In this document: positions 25,767 to 32,000 of the stretch, piece by piece
Position numbering within the stretch: position 1 is the stretch's first letter
How the letters are laid out: each line of letters begins with the position of its first letter
Source of the DNA: Candidatus Methanoperedens sp.
GTDB taxonomy: Archaea > Halobacteriota > Methanosarcinia > Methanosarcinales > Methanoperedenaceae
Length of the DNA stretch: 32,000 nucleotides
Assembly: GCA_041494705.1 (NCBI GenBank)
Contig: JBGQBI010000004.1
Location: forward strand, 120,001-152,000
Direction of reading: 5' to 3'
Notes under the pieces: model-generated
The model's database searches: none
The model's input: the letters and a program-made list of their open reading frames with translations, nothing else
What the model was told of the DNA's origin: nothing
Program-made: the position numbers and the translations under genes

Positions 25767-26236
25767 CCACCCTTGCGCAGCCTTACCCGCAAAACGTCAG
25801 CGGCGCTGCTTAAATCAGCTTCATAAAGGTCTTTTATCTTTGAGTTGTAAAGATAAGCGTAGACTTTCCTTATATCAGCCTCTATCTTTTCCCTGGAAGC
25901 TGGATTTTCAGGCGACAGGATCGTATAAAAATCATCCTGGTGTGTTATTACGAAATATCTTAAATCCTCTGCTTTTTTCATTTCAGGCAATAGCCGCAGG
26001 GCTCTTATAATCGGGGGGCCTCTGGTTTTGCGCTGCTTCGGGCCGTCATGGAGATACAGGCCGAACAACGAATCCCCTGTTTTTAAAATGGCGGTCAGCG
26101 TCATTGCCCCGGCCCCGCTGCATACCTCCACCTTTTCACCGATAACCGAATAACCCATCCCAGCTAATTGTTTCCCGGCGAATTGCAGGAGGGAGAGTTC
26201 ATATTCCCGCTCAGGAATGCCCCAGTAATCGGTCAT
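25760..26236 (-). CDS. Hypothetical protein (158 aa)
   Basis: Clean ORF with ATG start. Its stop overlaps the convergent upstream gene by 7 nt. No motif recognised. Confidence 0.5.
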   Translation of the reverse strand: MTDYWGIPEREYELSLLQFAGKQLAGMGYSVIGEKVEVCSGAGAMTLTAILKTGDSLFGLYLHDGPKQRKTRGPPIIRALRLLPEMKKAEDLRYFVITHQDDFYTILSPENPASREKIEADIRKVYAYLYNSKIKDLYEADLSSAADVLRVRLRKGGQ

Positions 26237-26347
26237 AGCAGCAAGCAGGTTTGGATGGATATTTATAGGTATCTTCCAAATGGATTAAAAAAGTATTAGA
26301 AAAGTATATGTAACAATCATTATAATTTATATATGGAGGTTTTATCG
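26237..26347. promoter_or_regulatory. Divergent promoter region upstream of the envelope gene cluster
   Basis: AT-rich: AAAAAGTATTAGAAAAGTATATGTAACAATCATTATAATTTATATATGGAGG, with GGAGG as the SD for ATG 26348. Confidence 0.3.
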
Positions 26348-27070
26348 ATGAAAACATTTAAACTCTTATTTGTGAATTTGTTAATTCTTGTGATCCTGGC
26401 AAGCCCAGCGCTATCACAAACAAATGACACAACAGCAAACCAAACAACAACAGCGCCCACGGTTGTAGCCACTACCGTTGCGCCTACGGTGGTAGCAACT
26501 ACTGCTGCCCCCACAGCAACAGCCGCAGCAACGACCGGGAAATTCCGCGTGGGTCCGTCCGTTACGCTAAGACCGGTAACCGAAGTGATAGAAACAAACC
26601 AGGATGGAATTGTGGAATTGTTTATGAATAATCCGTCTTTGAACGATGTTACGCTTAATGTAGACGCACGCATCAGTGTACCCAGCGGCATACACGTTTA
26701 CGGTCAAAGTTTCGGAGAGGCGGCAGGTGCCGGAGTGGTAGCCGGTACGTTCAGTGTTCCACCGGGCACGTCAAGGACTATAATAGTAGTTATAAAAGCA
26801 GATAAATCAGCAAGAATCGGCTCTCATACTCTGCAGTTCACAGGATTGTATTGGCCAGACGATAACAAAGACGCTTTCCAGCCCTTGAGTCTTACATACT
26901 CTGTAACTGTCAAGGAAGCATCAAAGAATCCGGAGAGTCCGGACATTGCAAATCCCAGTGCTGTTCCAACAGGAGCAGAGACGCCCAAAGTACAAATACC
27001 CGGATTCGGCGCTGTACTGGCTATATTTGGTGTATTTGCAATTGCACGCCTGCTTTCAAGGAAAGTATAG
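26348..27070 (+). CDS. Secreted surface protein: signal peptide, Thr-rich stalk, beta-sandwich domain, PGF-CTERM archaeosortase signal
   Basis: ATG 26348 lies 8 nt after GGAGG. The signal peptide is MKTFKLLFVNLLILVILASPALSQ. NDT and NQT sequons are followed by APTVVATTV repeats. The C-terminus PGFGAVLAIFGVFAIARLLSRKV has the PGF motif, a TM helix and a basic tail. Confidence 0.85.
   Translation: MKTFKLLFVNLLILVILASPALSQTNDTTANQTTTAPTVVATTVAPTVVATTAAPTATAAATTGKFRVGPSVTLRPVTEVIETNQDGIVELFMNNPSLNDVTLNVDARISVPSGIHVYGQSFGEAAGAGVVAGTFSVPPGTSRTIIVVIKADKSARIGSHTLQFTGLYWPDDNKDAFQPLSLTYSVTVKEASKNPESPDIANPSAVPTGAETPKVQIPGFGAVLAIFGVFAIARLLSRKV
26453..26536 (+). repeat. 27-bp coding tandem repeat (APTVVATTV x2 plus a degenerate third unit)
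   Basis: gcgcccacggttgtagccactaccgtt (26453-26479) and gcgcctacggtggtagcaactactgct (26480-26506), then gcccccacagcaacagccgcagcaacgacc. Confidence 0.8.
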
Positions 27071-27152
27071 AGATATATAGAGACCAAAAATAAATTCGGG
27101 CTGAACACGTTATTAGCTTGCTTAATATGGTAGAAAGGAGTCGTGAATAGTT

Positions 27153-28754
27153 ATGAGCGCACGTCTGCTTTCAGGAAAAAAAATAATGAAAAAAATAATT
27201 TTATTTTTTTTAATATTCATATTATTGGTTAATAACGCTTCAGCCTATACATTTACCAATATCGGAAGAGATTTTAAGATAGAATACCCGTCAGGCTGGA
27301 CTTATACCGAAGAACCTGACGGTTCTGACCAGACTTTTACCAGCCAGACCGGGCATGCATGGGTAAGAGTTGCTGTTGTGCCTTCCGATGGGATGATTCT
27401 TGATGATATAGTAGGTGAGAGAATAAGGTATCTCAACAGTTTGGGCATTTACCCCTTCAGTGAAAAATACGTAACAATCAACGGCGTGACTGACAAAGTC
27501 AAAGAATTGATGTTTTACGAAAATTATCAACAGAAAGAATATAAAGAAAGACAGATTCTCACGCTCTCCGGGAATAAATATTATATTATTACGGCAGGAA
27601 CGGCAACAAGTGATTATCCGTTTTATTCAGAGGACCTTGACCGGATTATCAATTCATTTAATGTCATACAACCTTCTATAGCCACCACAACCACAGGGGC
27701 AATTTCTACACCACCGCCAGCTACACCAACACCAGAGGAAACAGACGAGATATTGTCCTCAGACGTTGCAAGCATCGCTCTTCACAGGGAGAAAACCAAG
27801 GTGGATGTTGGAGAGGAGGTTCTATTAAAACTGTCAATAGTCAATTATATTTCAAATCCGTCGCCGATGGAAGTTCAGCTAATTCTGGCACCTCCTTCTG
27901 GAATGTCAATTACTTCAACGGAATTTACCCAGAGCACTACCGGGCAATCTACTTCAAATTACACGCTTAACCCCGGTCAAAACAGAGATATTGAAATAAG
28001 TTTAAAAGCCAATGAAATAGGCAATTTTAATGTGGAAGGAAGGGTGGTATATTATTTCGGGGAAAATAAAACATCTGCTGTGATAAAAACATTTAAAAAG
28101 CCTATAACGGTAAAATCTGCGGGAGTGATACCCGTAGGGACGACTACCAAACCGCCAGAACCATCCGATGGCTCATCTATAATTGTTGGTATTATAGCCA
28201 TCATTGCGATCATTTTTACTGTTTATGTAATTTTTAATAAGATAGCTAAAGCATTTAAAAATAAATTAACAAAAGGTAAAGCCCCAACAGAAGCCGAAGT
28301 TCATGCGGCAGAGGCCGAAATTCCGCAGCCTTCGGGTATTGGGGAAGAGCCGGCAAGAATTGAGCCAAAGATAAAAAAAGAATCGGCGTTTGAAGCTGAA
28401 AAAAGAAAACAGCATAGTATTTTGCCGCCGGAAGATCTTGATATCGACACAAGGAATTACCTGGGTTCAGGGGTCAATACCGCCATCTCAACGCTTGGTG
28501 CTGAGATAGCAAACGCTGAAAATGATGCGTTGGAGATGCAGGGTGCAATAAAGAAAGACGAGGATGTCCTTGGCAAGCTCGGAACCAGGCTTGTAAATAA
28601 AGAGATTTCAGACCAGACTTATAATGATTTGAAAAATAAGTATATGAGAAAGATTTCCGAATTGAAAAGCAAATCCGCGGCTCTTGAAAGCAATGCAGCA
28701 AAACTGAAAAAAATCCGTTCTTTCATCCATGAAAAAGGAAAATACTATACGTAG
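27153..28754 (+). CDS. Type I membrane protein: signal peptide, PsbP/DcrB-like domain, Thr/Pro linker, beta-sandwich domain, TM helix, cytoplasmic coiled-coil tail with SHOCT-like motif
   Basis: Signal peptide h-region KKIILFFLIFILLVNNASA. FKIEYPSGWTYTEEPDG...NKYYIITAGTA...IINSFNV resembles the PsbP/DcrB fold pattern. The linker is TTTTGAISTPPPATPTPEE. The beta domain has NPSPMEVQLILAPPSGMSI...PGQNRDIEISLKA...ITVKSA. The TM helix is IIVGIIAIIAIIFTVYVIF. The tail contains LGKLGTRLVNKEISDQTYNDLKNKY. An alternative start is ATG 27186. Confidence 0.7.
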   Translation: MSARLLSGKKIMKKIILFFLIFILLVNNASAYTFTNIGRDFKIEYPSGWTYTEEPDGSDQTFTSQTGHAWVRVAVVPSDGMILDDIVGERIRYLNSLGIYPFSEKYVTINGVTDKVKELMFYENYQQKEYKERQILTLSGNKYYIITAGTATSDYPFYSEDLDRIINSFNVIQPSIATTTTGAISTPPPATPTPEETDEILSSDVASIALHREKTKVDVGEEVLLKLSIVNYISNPSPMEVQLILAPPSGMSITSTEFTQSTTGQSTSNYTLNPGQNRDIEISLKANEIGNFNVEGRVVYYFGENKTSAVIKTFKKPITVKSAGVIPVGTTTKPPEPSDGSSIIVGIIAIIAIIFTVYVIFNKIAKAFKNKLTKGKAPTEAEVHAAEAEIPQPSGIGEEPARIEPKIKKESAFEAEKRKQHSILPPEDLDIDTRNYLGSGVNTAISTLGAEIANAENDALEMQGAIKKDEDVLGKLGTRLVNKEISDQTYNDLKNKYMRKISELKSKSAALESNAAKLKKIRSFIHEKGKYYT

Positions 28755-28869
28755 GTTAGAACCGGATGATTAAAATGATGAAACCCGGTTGTTCACAATT
28801 TCAAGCTCTGTTAATAGAAGGTGGGAATCCAGCCAATAATGCACATACACCACAATTCAGGTTGGTTAT

Positions 28870-30180
28870 ATGAACAATAAACTAAATGTTATCTTAATTG
28901 TTTTTTTTATTTTCCTCGTTAACACGGCGCAAGCCCAGGCTATCGAGCATAATTATGTATCTCTTACAGTAACACCGGGAGAGGAAATCAGCAGGACGAC
29001 CAGTTTTACAGGTGCATACAAGCCCTTATTTGCCGCGGTTGATGCTTCCGGCAGTGCCTCATTGTGGGTCATACCAAGACACATAGATTTCGGTCCAATC
29101 AATCCCGGAGATAAAATTGTAAAGGATTATACAATAAGTGTTCCCTCGAATCAAAGACCCGGATACTATGAGTTGATATGGGAATTTAGCTGCAGATATA
29201 CGGATGGAACCACCTGTACAGTCACAAGCGATACGGTGCTTCAAATTACAGTGCAGGCTGCACCTACGCCAACAACCGCAAATAAATATACATCTCTTAC
29301 CTTAACACCGGGAGAAGAGCAAAGTGAATATCTGGAATTCAGCGCACCTTACGACAGCATGTACGCCTGGTCGGATGCTTCCGGCGAGGCAGCATCATGG
29401 GTAACGCCAACACATGTAGATTTCGGTATAATCGATAAGGGGACATCCAATAAGCGGTACTATACAATAAAAGTCCCGGATAATCAATATCCTGGATACT
29501 ATGAGATAATCTGGAAATCGGGCTGCAAATACGTTTCGGGGAAAACTTGCTCGGTTACAGGTGAAACTGTGATTCAAATTACCGTAGAGGCAAAACCCAT
29601 GCCAACATTCACGAGTTACATACCCCGATATACGCCAACGCCGGAAAGTTCAACTGCCCCCATCATTGTCGGATTTATTTTTATATTGGTATTATTTATT
29701 ATCTGGATATCCATTGTATCCTGGGTTGCCGGGGATGCTAATAAACGGGGAACAAGCGGAACCCTGTGGGGAATTTTAACGTTTTTCCTGGGTTTACTTG
29801 GCTTGCTGATATATCTTATAGCCCGGCCAAAAGGAAATCTTGTTTTATGTGGTTATTGCGGGAAAGAAAAATTAGAAAAATTAACCCGATGTCCCCATTG
29901 CAAGAATGCCACAACGCCTGCTCCCGGGCCAGCGCCGGTGAGACCCGGACCGATTTCGTACCCTGCTATTCCCCAAAAACCCGAAGTGGCTGTTGACGAA
30001 TTAAAAGGGCTAAAAGAAAAGCTCAGTAAAATCAATGCACTTCTTGATAAACTGGATGAGATGCTTGCGCAGGGTGAGATAACCGAAACTAAATATAAGG
30101 AGTTGGCTGGAAAATACAGAGCCGAGGCTGATAGTCTTAAGAACCGGATAGCAGAAAAAGAGCTTCTGGATGAGGAGTGA
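28870..30180 (+). CDS. Membrane protein: signal peptide, two tandem Cys-pair beta domains, PLDc_N-like two-helix membrane hairpin, zinc ribbon, Pro-rich linker, C-terminal SHOCT-like helix
   Basis: Signal peptide MNNKLNVILIVFFIFLVNTAQA. Repeats span aa 28-137 and 138-247. WISIVSWVAGDANKRGTSGTLWGILTFFLGLLGLLIYLIARP is like the small PLDc_N membrane domain as I recall it. The ribbon is CGYCGKEKLEKLTRCPHC. The helix is LDKLDEMLAQGEITETKYKELAGKYRAEADSLKN. With two helices the topology of the C-terminal part is ambiguous. Confidence 0.7.
   Translation: MNNKLNVILIVFFIFLVNTAQAQAIEHNYVSLTVTPGEEISRTTSFTGAYKPLFAAVDASGSASLWVIPRHIDFGPINPGDKIVKDYTISVPSNQRPGYYELIWEFSCRYTDGTTCTVTSDTVLQITVQAAPTPTTANKYTSLTLTPGEEQSEYLEFSAPYDSMYAWSDASGEAASWVTPTHVDFGIIDKGTSNKRYYTIKVPDNQYPGYYEIIWKSGCKYVSGKTCSVTGETVIQITVEAKPMPTFTSYIPRYTPTPESSTAPIIVGFIFILVLFIIWISIVSWVAGDANKRGTSGTLWGILTFFLGLLGLLIYLIARPKGNLVLCGYCGKEKLEKLTRCPHCKNATTPAPGPAPVRPGPISYPAIPQKPEVAVDELKGLKEKLSKINALLDKLDEMLAQGEITETKYKELAGKYRAEADSLKNRIAEKELLDEE
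28951..29610 (+). repeat. Internal tandem duplication of a ~110-aa domain (2 x 330 nt)
   Basis: Units 28951-29280 and 29281-29610. My hand alignment shows about half of the residues identical (SLT.TPGEE, DASG, W..P.H.DFG, Y.I.VP.NQ.PGYYE.IW, C.Y..G..C.VT..TV.QITV). Confidence 0.8.
29998..30168 (+). repeat. Copy 1 of the 171-nt SHOCT-like module (C-terminus of the 28870-30180 protein)
   Basis: Aligns without gaps to 30245-30415. I count 139/171 identical nt and 48/57 identical aa. Confidence 0.85.
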
Positions 30181-30238
30181 AGGAAGCAATAGCCGCACAA
30201 AAGAGTAAGTGACAAAACCAAAAACCAGGCGAGACTCC

Positions 30239-30880
30239 ATGAACGAACTAAAAGAACTTAAGGAGAGGTGCAGTAAAATCAACTCGCTCCTTGACAAACT
30301 GGATGAAAGGCTTGCGCAGGGCGAGCTTAGCGAGGCTAAATATAAAGAGTTAGCTGGAAAATACAGAGCAGAGGCGGATAGTCTTAAGAATCAGATAGCT
30401 GAGAAAGAGCTTTTGCAGGATGTCGGACTTAAAACCGAGGAGAGGGAAGAACCAATAGCCGAATATCCGGAAAAAGAGCCTGAAAAGCCGGTTTTTAAAG
30501 AGGGCGCAAAATATTGTTCTAATTGCGGAGCTTTGATAGATGAAAGGGCAGAGATTTGTCCTAAATGCGGTGTAAGAGTTTCAGAGCCTCCCATCAGCAG
30601 AATTTCAATAATACCAGAGAAAAAAAATGTTGCTCTTGCAGTCGTGCTGAGCTTTTTTATTCCGGGATTGGGGCAAATGTATTGTGGTAAAGCGGCAAGA
30701 GGTGTGGGAATTTTAGTGCTTAGCATTCTGATGTTTTTGATTTTCGGATTTGCCGCAAGTTCGGCAGGCGCAGCATCTTCAGCACCAGCCTTTCCCTTTT
30801 TATTGTGGATTCTGGTTTACATATGGAACATTTATGATGCATATAAACTCGCTGGAAAAATAAATCGTGGAGAAGCTTAA
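30239..30880 (+). CDS. Membrane protein: N-terminal SHOCT-like helix, acidic/Pro linker, zinc ribbon, C-terminal PGLGQMYCG-type (TM2-like) membrane domain
   Basis: MNELKELKERCSKINSLLDKLDERLAQGELSEAKYKELAGKYRAEADSLKNQIAEKELL is followed by CSNCGALIDERAEICPKCG and then VVLSFFIPGLGQMYCGKAARGVGILVL...WNIYDAYKLA. The tracked GTG 30209 is an alternative start. Confidence 0.7.
   Translation: MNELKELKERCSKINSLLDKLDERLAQGELSEAKYKELAGKYRAEADSLKNQIAEKELLQDVGLKTEEREEPIAEYPEKEPEKPVFKEGAKYCSNCGALIDERAEICPKCGVRVSEPPISRISIIPEKKNVALAVVLSFFIPGLGQMYCGKAARGVGILVLSILMFLIFGFAASSAGAASSAPAFPFLLWILVYIWNIYDAYKLAGKINRGEA
30245..30415 (+). repeat. Copy 2 of the 171-nt SHOCT-like module (N-terminus of the 30239-30880 protein)
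   Basis: See copy 1. The offset is 247 nt, so the copies are in different reading frames of the window but each is in frame in its own gene. Confidence 0.85.
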
Positions 30881-30931
30881 TCAGGGCTTATTTGCAGCGT
30901 TGTGAATCCTGAACAAAATCCGTACCGTGAA

Positions 30932-32000
30932 CTATACGAACTTCGGCCTTGCCGACAATTTCACAGAAAGCGGATGCCTCTTGAACGGGAATCCGAAGAC
31001 CTCATCCGATATCCTGTCATTCAGTTCCCCAACCGTCATTTTAATATTCGCAGGCTTATTCGGCGATGATTCGCTCCTCACTGTAACTGTAAGATTATCT
31101 CCTGCAACCTCTTCGTCCCCCACAACTGCAACATACGGTACCCATTCCTTCCCTGCATCGCGTATCTTCTTGCCCACAGTCTCCTCGCGGTCATCGATGT
31201 CCACTCTCCAGTTCAAGCCGCCGGCAACTTTTTCCGCATATTCCAGGTGCTTTTCCGCAACGGGAATTATGCGCACCTGCGTGGGTGAGAGCCACACCGG
31301 GAACATGGGAACGATGCCCTTCTCCGAGTTCATGTGCGCTTTTTCAAGCAGGGCGTATATGCACCTCTCGATGGCGCCGCTGGGCGAGCAGTGGAGAATG
31401 GTGGGTCTTTTTTCAGCGCCTGTTGAATCGATATACTTTATGCCGTATCGCTCCGCATTCTCAACATCTATCTGCACAGTGGATAAAGCGCTGGCTTTGT
31501 CCATGGCGTCAACATAATTGAACTCGAACTTCAACACAAAATAGAAAAACCTCTGGTCCCAGAGCTCTATCAGTACAGGCTTATTGACTGTCTTGACAAG
31601 CCCAACTATGAAATCCTTATTCTCCTCATAGAAATCACGCGTGAAGCGGATTGCAACTTCGTAATCGGTCAAATCAATGCCGATTTTTGACAGCACGTTA
31701 ATGCACATGTTATACTGGTCGTTAAACTGCGCCACTGCCTCGTCCATGTCCCTGCACAGCGAATGCATATCCGGCATCGTGAACGCGCGAAGCCGCCGCA
31801 GCCCGACAAGCTCGCCGCTTTGCTCTTTCCTGAAGCTGTAACGTGTGAGTTCCACCATCCGAAGCGGCAGGTTCCTGTATGATATGGTCATGTCGTGGTT
31901 CATGAGGAACTGCCCGAAGCATGCCGCAAACCGCAAAAAAAGCTGCTTCTTGTCAGCTTCTATGGAATATTGCCGCGCCGGGAAGCGGTCAAGATATTTC
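30932..32000 (-). CDS. thrS: Threonyl-tRNA synthetase, C-terminal catalytic and anticodon-binding part (5' end outside the window)
   Basis: Class II core [40 protein letters not shown] and [17 protein letters not shown], plus a C-terminal anticodon-binding domain ([17 protein letters not shown]...[26 protein letters not shown]). The frame stays open upstream of the tracked TTG 31936 to the window edge (...[21 protein letters not shown]). Confidence 0.88.
   Translation of the reverse strand, partial: KYLDRFPARQYSIEADKKQLFLRFAACFGQFLMNHDMTISYRNLPLRMVELTRYSFRKEQSGELVGLRRLRAFTMPDMHSLCRDMDEAVAQFNDQYNMCINVLSKIGIDLTDYEVAIRFTRDFYEENKDFIVGLVKTVNKPVLIELWDQRFFYFVLKFEFNYVDAMDKASALSTVQIDVENAERYGIKYIDSTGAEKRPTILHCSPSGAIERCIYALLEKAHMNSEKGIVPMFPVWLSPTQVRIIPVAEKHLEYAEKVAGGLNWRVDIDDREETVGKKIRDAGKEWVPYVAVVGDEEVAGDNLTVTVRSESSPNKPANIKMTVGELNDRISDEVFGFPFKRHPLSVKLSARPKFV

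Noticed and set aside
26320-26691. 123-aa minus-strand ORF containing AAVVATTVGATVVATTVGAVVV
   Set aside because: It is the mirror image of the Thr-rich 27-bp repeat of the PGF-CTERM protein. The plus-strand gene has an SD, signal peptide and sorting signal; the antisense frame has none.
29853-30221. 122-aa minus-strand ORF spanning the junction between the two SHOCT-module genes
   Set aside because: It is antisense to the duplicated helix module, Ser/Leu-rich and without start context. The synonymous-versus-replacement pattern of the repeat supports the plus-strand frames.
424-31922. All remaining tracked ORFs of 60-160 aa nested inside or antisense to the assigned genes (for example 424..768, 3472..3867, 4914..5390, 13587..14024, 16003..16422, 16586..16804, 17804..18460, 22562..22828, 23168..23494, 23967..24210, 30927..31517)
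   Set aside because: Each overlaps a longer ORF with clear family motifs. None has its own motif, SD or intergenic space.
1-32000. Mobile element, prophage, defence island, rRNA/tRNA genes
   Set aside because: I found no transposase, integrase, phage structural, restriction-modification or cas-like motifs in any frame. I found no terminal inverted repeats flanking a segment, and no tRNA-like T-arm/acceptor patterns or rRNA-like stretches. The only sign of foreign origin is the AT-rich composition of parts of the glycan locus.

Overview
This is a densely coding archaeal chromosomal segment of about 35 genes. I see no rRNA, tRNA, CRISPR array, transposase or integrase. Lineage markers are the aIF2-gamma/PIN/RpoE'/Spt4/DUF359 dephospho-CoA kinase/S24e/S27ae operon, CofE (F420), a membrane H+-pyrophosphatase, a PGF-CTERM sorting signal and GGAGG-type Shine-Dalgarno sites. 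Together they suggest a methanogen- or ANME-like, Methanosarcinales-type euryarchaeon; this assignment is inference. The window has three blocks. (1) 1-11.3 kb is a minus-strand surface-glycan locus: UDP-glucose dehydrogenase, sugar nucleotidyltransferase, UDP-glucuronate decarboxylase, two paratose-epimerase-like SDRs (one with FxxxK instead of YxxxK), a GT2::flippase-like fusion and an ArnT/PMT-like GT-C enzyme, with an AT-rich edge carrying a B12-radical SAM enzyme and a methyltransferase. (2) 11.4-26.2 kb is housekeeping: malic enzyme, a DUF166-like Cys-rich protein, CoaBC, HIT, the translation/transcription operon, GNAT, an HD hydrolase, CofE, HppA, and a radical-SAM plus degenerate M23-like gene pair. 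(3) 26.3-30.9 kb holds four consecutive plus-strand envelope proteins that share beta-sandwich ectodomains, zinc ribbons and a SHOCT-like helix. That helix is duplicated across a gene boundary as a 171-nt repeat. The window ends inside thrS. The best candidates for something undescribed are the SHOCT-linked envelope cluster, the Arn/Gtr/AglDRS-like lipid-carrier glycosylation module, the radical-SAM/M23-like pair, and a set of perfect hairpins sharing a GTATG core. All functional calls rest on motif recognition by eye; no database search or computation was possible.
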